From an uncultured Actinomycetota bacterium (lineage in GTDB: Bacteria > Actinomycetota > Actinomycetes > Propionibacteriales > Nocardioidaceae), in the NCBI GenBank assembly GCA_963826415.1, contig CAWGWW010000011.1, positions 88,691 through 152,690 of the forward strand: a DNA stretch of 64,000 nt, given 5' to 3'. Every line of letters starts with the position of its first letter. The first letter of the stretch is position 1. The translations under genes and the position numbers were made by a program. Of the stretch, positions 37,766 through 47,982 are shown piece by piece. The notes beneath the pieces were generated by a model, which worked only from the letters and a program-made list of their open reading frames with translations, searched no databases and had not been told where the DNA came from.

Positions 37766-39154
37766 ATGGGTAGTGCAGGGTTGAACAGAGCGCGGGACAA
37801 GATGCTCGACGCCGGGGTGGACGAGGTCGCGGTCGAGACCTTCGCCCACTACTTCCGGCTCCTCGAGCACGGTGAGACCGGGATGATCCCGGAGTCGTCG
37901 ATCGAGCCGGTCGAACTGCCACGGCTGGCCGACGTGGAGGTCTCCGACGACGCCGCGAGCGCGGCGATCCGCACGACGGCGGTGATCAAGCTCAACGGCG
38001 GCCTCGGCACGTCGATGGGCATGAGTCGTGCCAAGTCCCTGCTGTGCGTGCGCCGTGGGCTCTCCTTCCTCGACATCATCGCCCGCCAGGTGCTCCACCT
38101 GCGCCAGCAGTACGACGCCCCGCTGCCGCTGATGTTCATGAACAGCTTCCGCACCTCGGAGGACAGCATGGAGGCGCTGGCCCGGTACGAGGACCTCAAG
38201 GTGGAGGGGCTGCCCCTGGAGTTCCTGCAGAACCGCGAGCCCAAGCTCCTGCTCAAGGACCTCTCTCCGGTGAGCTGGCCCAAGGACCCGTCGCTCGAGT
38301 GGTGCCCGCCGGGCCACGGTGACCTCTACACCGCCCTGCGCGGGACCGGGCTGCTCGACCAGCTGATCGACGCGGGCTACGAGCGGGTCTTCGTCTCCAA
38401 CTCCGACAACCTCGGCGCCGTCCCCGACGCCCGGGTGGCCGGCTGGTTCGCCACGTCGGGTGCGCCGTTCGCGATCGAGGCCGTGCGTCGGACCGCCGCG
38501 GACCGCAAGGGCGGCCACTTCGCCCGCCGCAAGGCCGACGGCCGGCTGGTGCTCCGCGAGACCGCGCAGACGCCCAAGCAGGACGCGGCCGCCCTGTCCG
38601 ACCTGGACCGGCACAAGTACTCCTCGACCAACAACATCTGGTTCGACCTGGCGGCGCTGCGCAACGCGCTGAACATCCGCGAGGGGATCCTCGGGCTGCC
38701 GCTGATCCGCAACGTCAAGAACGTCGACCCCAGCGACCCCCGGACTCCCGAGGTGGTCCAGATCGAGACCGCCATGGGGGCCGCCGTCGAGATCTTCGCG
38801 GACTCCGCGCTGATCGAGGTGGAGCGCGACCGGTTCGTGCCGGTCAAGACCACCAACGACCTGCTGCTGCTGCGCTCGGACGTCTACGACATCAAGGACG
38901 ACTACGTCCTCGACCAGGTTCCGCCCGAGCTGCCCTTCATCGAGCTCGACGCCGCCCACTACTCGGTGATCGGCGAGTTCGACAAGCGCTTCCCCGAGGG
39001 AGCGCCGTCGTTGCAGAAGGCCACCTCGCTGAAGGTGGAGGGCGACTGGACGTTCGGTCGAGGCGTCCAGGTCGTGGGAGACGTCGGGCTCGAGGCGTCG
39101 TCGGCCCAGCGGGTCGCCGCCGAGACCGTGCTGAGCGGACCCACGGATGGCTGA
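37766..39154 (+). CDS. UTP-glucose-1-phosphate uridylyltransferase, eukaryote-like UDPGP family
   Basis: KLNGGLGTSMG..AKS, WCPPGHGD, VSNSDNLGA, ETAMGAA, RFVPVK. Confidence 0.9.
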   Translation: MGSAGLNRARDKMLDAGVDEVAVETFAHYFRLLEHGETGMIPESSIEPVELPRLADVEVSDDAASAAIRTTAVIKLNGGLGTSMGMSRAKSLLCVRRGLSFLDIIARQVLHLRQQYDAPLPLMFMNSFRTSEDSMEALARYEDLKVEGLPLEFLQNREPKLLLKDLSPVSWPKDPSLEWCPPGHGDLYTALRGTGLLDQLIDAGYERVFVSNSDNLGAVPDARVAGWFATSGAPFAIEAVRRTAADRKGGHFARRKADGRLVLRETAQTPKQDAAALSDLDRHKYSSTNNIWFDLAALRNALNIREGILGLPLIRNVKNVDPSDPRTPEVVQIETAMGAAVEIFADSALIEVERDRFVPVKTTNDLLLLRSDVYDIKDDYVLDQVPPELPFIELDAAHYSVIGEFDKRFPEGAPSLQKATSLKVEGDWTFGRGVQVVGDVGLEASSAQRVAAETVLSGPTDG

Positions 39155-40379
39155 CGGCCTGACCTCGGTCGAGGAGCACCTCGACCGGATCCTCTCGGAC
39201 ATCAGGCCGCTGCCGGACTTTCCGCAGCCCTTGATGGAGACGCTCGGGCTGGCGGTGGCCGAGGACGTGGTCGCCCCGATCTCGCTGCCGTCGTTCGACA
39301 ACTCCGGCATGGACGGCTACGCCGTCTGCCACCGCGACGTCCTCACGGCCACCGACGAGTTCCCGGTGCACCTGCCGGTGGTCGGCGAGATCGGAGCCGG
39401 CCAGGCGCAGCTGCTGGCGATGTCGCCCGGGACGGCCGTCAAGATCATGACCGGCGCGCCGGTCCCGGCGGGCGCCGACTCGGTGGTCCCCTACGAGTGG
39501 ACCGACCGCGGCGTGGCCCAGGTGCGGATCGCCCGGTCTCCCGAGCTCGGCCAGCACATCCGCCGGGCCGGGGAGGACGTGGCCGAGGGTGACCTGCTGG
39601 TGGAGCACGGCACCGTGCTCGGGCCGCGTCACCTCGGGCTGCTCGCGTCCGTCGGTCGCGAGGCGGTGCGCTCCCGGCCCCGGCCACGGGTGGTGATCAT
39701 GTCCACCGGCTCCGAGCTCCGCGAGCCCGGCTCCCCGCTGGGCCACGACTCCATCTACGACGGCAACTCCTACCTGCTCGCCGCCGCCGCCCGTCGGGCC
39801 GGCGCGATCGCCTACCGGGTCGGCATCGTCCCCGACGAGCCCCGGGCGTTCCTCGACGCGCTCAACGACCAGCTGGTCCGGGCCGACCTCGTGGTGACCA
39901 CCGGCGGGGTCTCCCAGGGCGACTTCGACGTGGTCAAGGAGGCCCTCACGCCGCTGGGCTCCGTGTGGTTCGGCGCGGTGGCGATGCAGCCCGGCAAACC
40001 ACAGGGCTTCGGCCTGGTCGGCGAGGACCGCACCCCGATCTTCACGCTGCCGGGCAACCCGGTCTCGTCGTACGTCTCGTTCGAGATGTTCGTGCTCCCG
40101 GCGATCCGCAAGCTGATGGGCAAGGAGCCGTACACCCGCCCGCTCCGGCAGGCGCGGCTCACCCACGGCATCTCCTCGCCCGACGGACGGCGCCAGTTCG
40201 TGCGTGCGGAGTACGCCCTCGACGGCCGAGGTGGGTACGTCTCACCCGTGGGTGGCCACGGGTCGCACCTGATCGGCGACCTCGCCTCCGCCAACGCGCT
40301 GGTCGTGGTCCCCGAGGACGTCACCTCGCTGACCGCCGGCGAGCAGGTCGACGTCGCGCTGCTCGACGACGAGTTCTAG
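39147..40379 (+). CDS. moeA: Molybdopterin molybdotransferase
   Basis: SGMDGYA, IMTGAP, STGSEL, GGVSQGDFD, LPGNPVS. Confidence 0.93.
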   Translation: MADGLTSVEEHLDRILSDIRPLPDFPQPLMETLGLAVAEDVVAPISLPSFDNSGMDGYAVCHRDVLTATDEFPVHLPVVGEIGAGQAQLLAMSPGTAVKIMTGAPVPAGADSVVPYEWTDRGVAQVRIARSPELGQHIRRAGEDVAEGDLLVEHGTVLGPRHLGLLASVGREAVRSRPRPRVVIMSTGSELREPGSPLGHDSIYDGNSYLLAAAARRAGAIAYRVGIVPDEPRAFLDALNDQLVRADLVVTTGGVSQGDFDVVKEALTPLGSVWFGAVAMQPGKPQGFGLVGEDRTPIFTLPGNPVSSYVSFEMFVLPAIRKLMGKEPYTRPLRQARLTHGISSPDGRRQFVRAEYALDGRGGYVSPVGGHGSHLIGDLASANALVVVPEDVTSLTAGEQVDVALLDDEF

Positions 40380-40401
40380 CCATGGTTCGCGAGGAGGGGT
40401 G

Positions 40402-40884
40402 ATGGGGGATCGACTCACGCACGTCGACGAGGCCGGCGCGGCCCGGATGGTCGACGTCTCGGGCAAGGCCATCACCGCCAGGACGGCGACCGCGTCGGGT
40501 CGGGTGCTCGTGTCCGACGAGGTGGTGGCCCTGCTCCGGGGCGCCGGCGTCCCGAAGGGCGACACGCTCGCCGTGGCCCGGCTGGCCGGGATCATGGGAG
40601 CCAAGCAGACCCCGGCGCTGATTCCGCTGTGCCACCCGCTGTCGATCTCGGGAGTGACCGTCGACCTCACGGTGAGCGACCACTCGGTCGACATCTCCTC
40701 GACCGTCCGCACCACCGACCGCACCGGCGTCGAGATGGAGGCCCTGACCGCCGTCACCATCGCGGCGCTGACGGTGATCGACATGGTGAAGGCGGTCGAC
40801 AAGGCCGCCGAGATCACCGACGTCCGCGTGCTGACCAAGTCCGGCGGCAAGTCCGGCGACTGGAGCCGGGAGAGCGCGACGTGA
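40402..40884 (+). CDS. moaC: Cyclic pyranopterin monophosphate synthase
   Basis: LTHVD..MVDVSGK, LIPLCH, TGVEMEAL. Confidence 0.94.
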   Translation: MGDRLTHVDEAGAARMVDVSGKAITARTATASGRVLVSDEVVALLRGAGVPKGDTLAVARLAGIMGAKQTPALIPLCHPLSISGVTVDLTVSDHSVDISSTVRTTDRTGVEMEALTAVTIAALTVIDMVKAVDKAAEITDVRVLTKSGGKSGDWSRESAT

Positions 40885-41357
40885 GCCTGCGCGCCGAGGT
40901 CGTGGTGGCCTCCAACCGGGCTGCGGCCGGCGTCTACGCCGACGAGACCGGCCCGCTGATCGTGGAGTTCCTGCAGGAGCTCGGGTTCGTCGTGGACGCC
41001 CCGGTCGTCGTACCCGACGGTGATCCGGTCGGCGCCGCGATCGCCGCGGCCGCCACCGGGGGTGCCCGCGTGGTGATCACGACCGGCGGCACCGGGCTGA
41101 CGCCGACCGACCTCACCCCCGAGGCCACCCGTCCGCTGCTCGACCGCGAGATCCCGGGTGTCGCCGAGGCGATCCGGGCCGCGGGCGTGGCGGCCGGGGT
41201 GCCGACCGCCGCCCTCTCGCGGGGGCTGGCCGGCGTGGTCGGCTCCTGCGTCGTGGTGAACCTTCCCGGCTCGCGGGGCGGGGTCAAGGACGGGCTGGCG
41301 GTGCTGCGCCCGATCCTCGTGCACGCCGTCGAACAGGTCGTCGGGAGCGACCATTGA
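40881..41357 (+). CDS. moaB: MogA/MoaB molybdenum cofactor protein
   Basis: TTGGTGLTPTDLTPEA, LSRG, NLPGS. Confidence 0.9.
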   Translation: MSLRAEVVVASNRAAAGVYADETGPLIVEFLQELGFVVDAPVVVPDGDPVGAAIAAAATGGARVVITTGGTGLTPTDLTPEATRPLLDREIPGVAEAIRAAGVAAGVPTAALSRGLAGVVGSCVVVNLPGSRGGVKDGLAVLRPILVHAVEQVVGSDH

Positions 41358-41938
41358 GTGACTGGCCGGTGTGGCTGAAGGACGGCGACGTCACGCTTCG
41401 GCCGCTGGCCTACCGCGACCGGGCCGCCTGGCAGGAGGTACGACGCCGCAACGCAGCCTGGCTCCGGCCCTGGGACGCGACCGTCCCGCCGGGTGCCGAG
41501 GCGCGCCCGGCGTCGTTCCACTCGCTGGTGTGGCGGCTGAACCGGCAGGCCCGCGCCGGCACCACCATGCCCTTCGCGGTCGAGGTGGGGGGCCGGTTCG
41601 TCGGCCAGGTGACCGTCAACAACGTGGTGCGGGGCTCGGCGCAGTTCGCCTCGGTGGGCTACTGGCTCGACCACGAGTACGCCGGCCGCGGAATCATGCC
41701 GCGGGCGGTGGCGATGGTCATCGACCACTGCTTCCGCACGGTCGGCCTGCACCGCGTGGAGATCGCGATCCGGCCCGAGAACTCCAACTCGCTGCGCGTG
41801 GTCGAGAAGCTCGGCCTGCACGAGGTCGGCTACGCCCCGAAGTTCCTGCACATCGACGGTGCCTGGCGCGACCACCGGATCTACGCGGTCACGGCCGAGG
41901 AGTGCCCGGACGGCCTGCTGGGCCGGCTCACGGACTGA
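41354..41938 (+). CDS. RimJ/RimL-family GNAT acetyltransferase
   Basis: VGYWLD..GRGI, LHRVEI..PEN..SLRVVEKLG, GAWRDH. Confidence 0.88.
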   Translation: MSDWPVWLKDGDVTLRPLAYRDRAAWQEVRRRNAAWLRPWDATVPPGAEARPASFHSLVWRLNRQARAGTTMPFAVEVGGRFVGQVTVNNVVRGSAQFASVGYWLDHEYAGRGIMPRAVAMVIDHCFRTVGLHRVEIAIRPENSNSLRVVEKLGLHEVGYAPKFLHIDGAWRDHRIYAVTAEECPDGLLGRLTD

Positions 41939-42023
41939 GTTTCCCACCAGTCACACGAGTCATTTTGCGACACACCTATGGACATCCGCCCCGGGGTCGG
42001 CTAGCGAACCTAACCTCTGACCT

Positions 42024-42875
42024 GTGGACCTGAGCGCTTTCATCTTCGTTGCCCTTGCCGTGGCCTGGGCCGTCTATCTCGTCCCCAAGGCACTCAAGCA
42101 CCACGACGACGTGGTCCGCAGCCGATCGGTGGACCGGTTCTCGCACACCATGCGGGTGTTGGCCCGGCGCGAGCCGGCCGGGTCTCTCGGCGCCCGCCTC
42201 GTGGTCACCCCGGCCCGGGGAGGCGCCTCGACCGCGCCCTCGACCGCCACGTCCCGCAGCCGGACCTCCGACGAGTTCACCGTCGAGGTCTCCCCGGCCA
42301 CCCCCGAGCAGGCGCGCCGCAACCGCGAGGCCGCCAACCGGGCGGCCCGGCGCCGACGCAAGGTGCTCGGAGCGCTGGTCCTTGCCAACGTCGCCGTGCT
42401 CGTCGGCGCGGCGTTCTCCCTCCTGGCCTGGGCGTACACCGCCATCCCGGGCGGCCTGCTGGTCGCCTGGTTGGTCGCCTGCCGGCTGATGGTGCGCCGC
42501 GAGCGCACGGCGTGGGCGCCGTCCGCCCGGATGCCGATCCAGGCCGAGGAGGAGGACGAGGAGCCGTTGGCCGACCCCGAGACCGTGGCCGAGGTCGACG
42601 ACCTCGAGGACACCTCGACCATGGCCGCGGCCGTGGCCCCCGGAGCGCTCGACCCGACGCTGTGGGACCCGGTGCCGGTGACCCTGCCGACGTACGTGAC
42701 GAAGCCCGCCGCCACCCGGCGCACGGTCCGGACCATCGCCCTCGACGACAGCGGGGTGTGGACCTCCGGCAACACCGCGGCCGACAGCCAGCTCGCCCGC
42801 GAGGCCGAGGTGGCCGACAAGGCAGCCCGCAGCTCGCGCGAGCAGGGCGACGACCAGCGCGCCGTCGGCTCCTGA
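42024..42875 (+). CDS. GlpR/SepX-like membrane protein
   Basis: WAVYLVP N-terminus, WDPVPVTLPTYV; conserved position between rimJ and tRNA-Ala. Confidence 0.72.
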   Translation: MDLSAFIFVALAVAWAVYLVPKALKHHDDVVRSRSVDRFSHTMRVLARREPAGSLGARLVVTPARGGASTAPSTATSRSRTSDEFTVEVSPATPEQARRNREAANRAARRRRKVLGALVLANVAVLVGAAFSLLAWAYTAIPGGLLVAWLVACRLMVRRERTAWAPSARMPIQAEEEDEEPLADPETVAEVDDLEDTSTMAAAVAPGALDPTLWDPVPVTLPTYVTKPAATRRTVRTIALDDSGVWTSGNTAADSQLAREAEVADKAARSSREQGDDQRAVGS

Positions 42876-42904
42876 CCCACCGCGGCGCTCGCTAGCCTGA
42901 GGCC

Positions 42905-43378
42905 GTGAACGCACCCCGGCACCTCGAGTACTCCCGCACCTTTCCGATCCCGGTCGTGGACGCGTTCGACGCCGTGCTGCCCAGCCCGCTGCCCGAGGTC
43001 TTCGCTCGTCGCTACGGCGTGCTCCCGCCGATCCGCGACGTGCGCGACCAGGTCGGGGAGTGGGGGAGCGTCGGTCAGACCCGCACGATCCTGCTCGCCG
43101 ACGGCGGCTCGATGCGCGAGGAGCTCACGCGCGTGGAGCGGCCGCATCGCTTCGGCTACCGGATCACCGAGGTGACCGGGCCGATGAAGCTGCTGGCCTC
43201 CGGGCTGGAGGGGGAGTGGAGCTTCGGGCCGGCCGGCACCGGCGTGCGCATCACCTGGGCCTGGGAGCTGCACCCGGCCTCGGGCCCGGCCGGTCTCGCG
43301 ATGCCGGCGTTCGGGCGGTTCTGGCGCGGCTACGCCCGCCAGGGCATGGAGGAGATCGAGCGGCTCCTGGTGCGCTGA
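42905..43378 (+). CDS. SRPBCC family protein
   Basis: GQTRTI..DGG..EEL..FGYRI..GVRITWAW. Confidence 0.75.
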   Translation: MNAPRHLEYSRTFPIPVVDAFDAVLPSPLPEVFARRYGVLPPIRDVRDQVGEWGSVGQTRTILLADGGSMREELTRVERPHRFGYRITEVTGPMKLLASGLEGEWSFGPAGTGVRITWAWELHPASGPAGLAMPAFGRFWRGYARQGMEEIERLLVR

Positions 43379-43452
43379 TCCGCTCGTCCGAACCGATTGG
43401 GAGCGGCCTGCGCCCGGGTGCTACCGTTTCCTCCGCGCCCCAGGGCGCACTG

Positions 43453-43528
<76 letters not shown>

Positions 43529-43758
43529 GCCAGCAACACCTCTGTTCTGCGCATTGCCGCCGAGCACCGAACGGCCCGGCACCTCAGCAGCGGGCCGTTC
43601 GACAGCCCGGGTTCGTCGGCTTCGTGCAGGGCGGTGGGACCGAGTCCCACCGGGTCGTGGACACCAGGGCCACGCCGGGCGTCCCAACCGCCCGCGGAAC
43701 CGCGGGTGGTGTTGCCGGTTCCACGGCGAGCGCGCCGTGGCACTCCAGAGGAGGAGCA

Positions 43759-45885
43759 TTGGCTCGACGAAGCCAGCGCCAGTCCGGCGCCACGCGTACT
43801 GCATCGCGCAGTCGGCGGGCCCGTGACCTCGACAACGACGGCATCATCCCGGTGCTCGCCCGGGCGGTCCGTGAGGTCGAGACCCAGGCCCAGCGCGGCC
43901 CGGTGCCCTCCTCCGGACGCACCAAGTTCCAGGTGGTCGCCCTGCTCGTCCGCGAGGAGCGCGCCCGGCTCAAGACCGACGACACTCTCAACGAGAACCA
44001 GCGGGCCGAGCAGTTCAAGCGGCTCGACGGGGTCGCGACGATCCTGGCCAAGACCGCGGCCCGGGACACCTCGCTGCTGATGCTGCTGGCCGAGGACGTG
44101 GTCGTCTCGGAGGGCGCCCGGGCGCTCAAGCGCGAGATGCTGGCCGCCGCCGGCGTCGAGGTGGTCCCCGACGAGCCCACGCCGGCGTCGCCGACCGAGA
44201 CCGCTGCCCCCAGCGAGCGGCAGGTCGTGCCCCAGTCCGTGGTCGCCGCGAAGCTCGCCAACCCGTTCCTGGTCCCCGACTTCTCGGCCGCGGCACCCAA
44301 GCAGAGCGGAGCCCGCCGGCTCGCCACCTGGGAGCTGCTCGGTCCGCTCTTCCGCTCCTTCGAGTACGGCGGCGCGTCGTCCTGCATGCAGCTGCCCGAG
44401 CCCGGGTCGCTGACCGCCCCGGGGGGCCTGGAGCTGATGCACCACCAGGCGCAGGTGGTGAGCGCCGCGGCGGCCGGCCACCGGACGTTCCTGCTGGCCG
44501 ACGAGCCCGGGCTCGGCAAGACCGCGCAAGCGCTGCTCGCCGCCCAGGCCGCCAACGCCTACCCGCTGCTCGTGGTCGTGCCGAACGTCGTCAAGACCAA
44601 CTGGGCGCGCGAGGTCGGGCTCTGGACGCCGAACCGCAAGCCCACCGTGATCCACGGCGACGGGCACACCATCGACGGCTTCGCGGACATCGTCATCGTC
44701 AACTACGAGGTCCTCGACCGGCACGTGGGCTGGCTGGGCGACCACGGGTTCCGCGGGATGGTGGTCGACGAGGCGCACTTCATCAAGAACAAGACCTCCC
44801 AGCGCTCCCGGCACGCGCTGCAGCTCTCGGAGCGGATCCGGGCGCGCACGGCGCGGCCGCTGCTGATGGCCCTCACCGGCACCCCGCTGATCAACGACAT
44901 CGAGGACTTCCGGGCGATCTGGCAGTTCCTCGGCTGGATCGACGACAAGAAGCCCGGGCACGCGCTGATGGAGGCCCTCGAGGAGACCGGCCGGACTCCG
45001 GCCGATCCCGGCTTCTACCCGGCCGCTCGCGGTGCCGTCATCGAGCAGGGGATCGTCCGTCGCCGCAAGGTCGACGTGGCCTCCGACATCCCGGCTCGCC
45101 GGATCGCCGACCTTCCGGTCGAGCTCGACGACGCCATGGGCCAGTCGATCCGCGACTCCGAGCGGGAGCTCGCCCGCCGCCTGGTCTCGCGCTACGAGAG
45201 CGCCCTCGCCGCCCGGACCTCCGGAGTGGTCGTGGAGGGGATCGACCACGAGCTCGTCCGTCGCGTCGCCACCTGGGAGCGCGAGGACACGACCACGACC
45301 AAGACCGACGAGAACGTGTTCAGCATGATGCGCCGCATCGGACAGGCGAAGGCCGGCCTCGCCGCCGACTACGCCGCGCAGCTGGCCCGCAGCGTCGGGA
45401 AGGTGGTCTTCTTCGCCAAGCACGTGGACGTGATGGACGTGGCCGAGGAGACCTTCGCCAAGCGCGGCATCGCCTACTCCTCGATCCGCGGAGACCAGAC
45501 CCCGCGGGTGCGGCAGAAGAACATCGACGCCTTCGTCAACGATCCCGACGTGGCCATCGTGGTCTGCTCGCTCGCCGCTGCAGGGGTCGGACTCAACCTG
45601 CAGGTCGCCTCCAACGTCGTGCTCGCGGAGCTCTCCTGGACCGACGCTGAGCAGACCCAGGCGATCGACCGGGTGCACCGGATCGGCCAGGACGAGCCGG
45701 TCACCGCCTGGCGGATCATCGCCGCGCAGACCATCGACACCAAGATCGCGGAGCTCATCGACAGCAAGGCGGGCCTCGCCGCCCGCGCACTGGACGGCTC
45801 CGACGAGGAGATCTCCTCGTCGGTGGACGTGCAGCTGGAGGCGCTGGTCGCGCTGCTGACCGAGGCGCTCGAGGCAGCGGCCTAG
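43759..45885 (+). CDS. SNF2-related DEAH helicase
   Basis: ADEPGLGKT, VDEAH, LTGTP, GVGLNL, QAIDRVHRIGQ; GAGGAG RBS then TTG. Confidence 0.9.
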   Translation: MARRSQRQSGATRTASRSRRARDLDNDGIIPVLARAVREVETQAQRGPVPSSGRTKFQVVALLVREERARLKTDDTLNENQRAEQFKRLDGVATILAKTAARDTSLLMLLAEDVVVSEGARALKREMLAAAGVEVVPDEPTPASPTETAAPSERQVVPQSVVAAKLANPFLVPDFSAAAPKQSGARRLATWELLGPLFRSFEYGGASSCMQLPEPGSLTAPGGLELMHHQAQVVSAAAAGHRTFLLADEPGLGKTAQALLAAQAANAYPLLVVVPNVVKTNWAREVGLWTPNRKPTVIHGDGHTIDGFADIVIVNYEVLDRHVGWLGDHGFRGMVVDEAHFIKNKTSQRSRHALQLSERIRARTARPLLMALTGTPLINDIEDFRAIWQFLGWIDDKKPGHALMEALEETGRTPADPGFYPAARGAVIEQGIVRRRKVDVASDIPARRIADLPVELDDAMGQSIRDSERELARRLVSRYESALAARTSGVVVEGIDHELVRRVATWEREDTTTTKTDENVFSMMRRIGQAKAGLAADYAAQLARSVGKVVFFAKHVDVMDVAEETFAKRGIAYSSIRGDQTPRVRQKNIDAFVNDPDVAIVVCSLAAAGVGLNLQVASNVVLAELSWTDAEQTQAIDRVHRIGQDEPVTAWRIIAAQTIDTKIAELIDSKAGLAARALDGSDEEISSSVDVQLEALVALLTEALEAAA

Positions 45886-45934
45886 TCACCGCAGCGCAGC
45901 ACGTCGGCGGCAGCGAGCAGGGGCAGGGACAGGC

Positions 45935-46873
45935 TCAGGTCTCGAGTCGGGAGGTCGCGGCGGCGACGACCGCGTCGGCGAGCTCCGGGCGCCGACCGAT
46001 GAACGACGAGCCCAGGCCGATCTTGACGAGCTGGGCCGCCTCGTGGAAGCGGACCCGCCGATCGAGGTCCGGGCTCGGTCGGTGCCGGCGATAGTGGACG
46101 AGGAGCTCGGCTCCGAGGTCCCAGGACGGGTGCCCGGCGACCGACTCGGTCAGGAAGCACCAGGCCGACCAGTGCCCGAGGTCCAGGGCAGGGTCGGCCT
46201 GGCGGAGCACGTCGAGGTCGATCAGTCGCGGGCCCTCCGGAGAGCCGAACACGTTGCGTGGCGTGAAGTCCCCGTGCACGGCGGTCAGCTCGACGGCACC
46301 GGGCGCCAGCTCACGCAGCTGCCGGACGATCGCGTGCAGCTCGGGCCGCAGCGTCGGGGAGGCCCTCTGCTGCACCGCGGAGGCGACCGTCCGGACGATG
46401 TCCTCAGCCGAGCGTTCGCTGGCCAGCCGGACTCCCGAACCATGCAGGTCGGCCAGCAACCGGGCGACCTCGGGGATCCGGTCACCGGTCTGCTCGAGCG
46501 CACCGCGCCTGCCGACGGGGGCGCCGTCGATCCACTCGACGACGATGGCGTCGGACGCGGGCACCTCCGCCAGGGGCTCGGGAAGCCCGGGTGGCCTGCG
46601 GGCCGCTCCGAAGGGCGACTGCCACAGCTCCTGCAGCCCGGTGAAGACCCGCGCTCGTCGACCGGGAGCCAGACGCTTGACCACGACGCGGCGGTCGTCG
46701 TACGTCGCACCGAGCACGGGACGGTCGGCGTGCTTCCCGGCGAGCAGCTCGACCGTGCGCGCTCCGGGAAGCCCGGCCCGCGTCAGGGCCTCGCGCGCCC
46801 AGGCCACGTGATCAGTCCCGGGATCGGCCCCGGGATCGGCCCCGTGATCAGCTGGGGCGCTCGGCGGTGACAT
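45935..46873 (-). CDS. APH/choline-kinase-like phosphotransferase
   Basis: VVKR, HGDFTPRN, LIDLD, DPALDLG. Confidence 0.75.
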   Translation of the reverse strand: MSPPSAPADHGADPGADPGTDHVAWAREALTRAGLPGARTVELLAGKHADRPVLGATYDDRRVVVKRLAPGRRARVFTGLQELWQSPFGAARRPPGLPEPLAEVPASDAIVVEWIDGAPVGRRGALEQTGDRIPEVARLLADLHGSGVRLASERSAEDIVRTVASAVQQRASPTLRPELHAIVRQLRELAPGAVELTAVHGDFTPRNVFGSPEGPRLIDLDVLRQADPALDLGHWSAWCFLTESVAGHPSWDLGAELLVHYRRHRPSPDLDRRVRFHEAAQLVKIGLGSSFIGRRPELADAVVAAATSRLET

Positions 46874-46937
46874 TGCCGCAGGCTAGCCTGCGGCGCCGAG
46901 ACCCGGGCCCGAGCCCGGGAACCGGCTGCCCCGCTGC

Positions 46938-47231
46938 TCAGCGGTCGGAGCTGAGCAGGCTCTTGCGACGGAGGTACTCGTCCTCGCCGATCTCGCCGCG
47001 GGCGAACCGCTGGTCGAGGGTGGCGTCGGCCTCGGACGTCGGACCTGCCGGCAGGGACGCGTGGCTCCCGGTCAGGTACCGGCGGGCCAGCCACATCACC
47101 AGCGCCACCAGCAGGCCGAGGCAGATCACCATGCCCGTGAACATCGTCAGCCAGGCACCCCAGCCCATGCCGACCCACCAGCCGCTTCCCATGCCGTCAC
47201 CCATGCCGTGACCCATCTCCTGACCGATCAT
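46938..47231 (-). CDS. SHOCT-domain membrane protein
   Basis: Met/Gly-rich N-terminus, TM, LDQRFARGEIGEDEY. Confidence 0.8.
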   Translation of the reverse strand: MIGQEMGHGMGDGMGSGWWVGMGWGAWLTMFTGMVICLGLLVALVMWLARRYLTGSHASLPAGPTSEADATLDQRFARGEIGEDEYLRRKSLLSSDR

Positions 47232-47365
47232 GGCGCTCGTCCCTTCCGTCTGGTCCAAGCCTGACGGCCCGGCTCGCCGCGCGGGAGGGCTGGAGTGCCC
47301 GAGGCGACGGGACCATGGTTCCCAGATCACTCGCCGGCAACCCGGTCACGCCCGGATTGCTGGTC

Positions 47366-47453
47366 GCTTCACCATGGGATGCAGGTGAAGTGTCGGTTCC
47401 CATGGTGAATTCGCCGTGGGAAGCGCCGGTTCGACTGCATCCCATGGTGAAGC
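47366..47453. repeat. 88-nt hairpin element, copy 1
   Basis: 19-bp terminal inverted repeat GCTTCACCATGGGATGCAG plus inner stem; homolog at 58546. Confidence 0.85.
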
Positions 47454-47514
47454 TGTGACGACGGGCCTGCACATCACCAGATGAGCGCACTGCCTGGAGT
47501 AGGGAAACACCCGC

Positions 47515-47919
47515 TCAGACGGTCCTCGACGACAGGAAGCGGTCGACCTCGATCCGCAGGGCCACCCGGTCCGGGTTCTCGCGCGGCACCCGGTAGCGGG
47601 CGGCGTACCGCTCGACGGCGCGGGCCACCGAGGCAGGGTCCCGCACCATCACCGCGCGCCCCTCGAGCGTCGACCAGCGGGCGCCGTCGACCTGGCACGC
47701 CGCGACCCGGGCCGGCTCCAGCAGGTTGCGGGCCTTGCGGGAGGTGGGAGAGGTGATCACCCACGCGCACTGCTGCTCATGGTCGAGTGCCACTCCGACC
47801 GGCACCACGTGCGGCGACCCGTCGGGGCGCAGCGTGGTGAGCGTGCACAGGTGCCGCTCGGTCCAGAAGTCCAGGAGATCAGAGGGGAAGTTGTCCCAGT
47901 CGGGCTGCCATGAGGTCAC
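47515..47919 (-). CDS. PPOX-class (pyridoxamine oxidase-like, probably F420-dependent) protein
   Basis: TLTTLRPDGSPHVVPV, SRKARNL, TLEGRA. Confidence 0.82.
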   Translation of the reverse strand: MTSWQPDWDNFPSDLLDFWTERHLCTLTTLRPDGSPHVVPVGVALDHEQQCAWVITSPTSRKARNLLEPARVAACQVDGARWSTLEGRAVMVRDPASVARAVERYAARYRVPRENPDRVALRIEVDRFLSSRTV

Positions 47920-47982
47920 GCGTCATCGTGGCACGGGCATCCCAGACGGCCCGGCTTCGCCGTGGCGGCTACCGTCGGGGAC

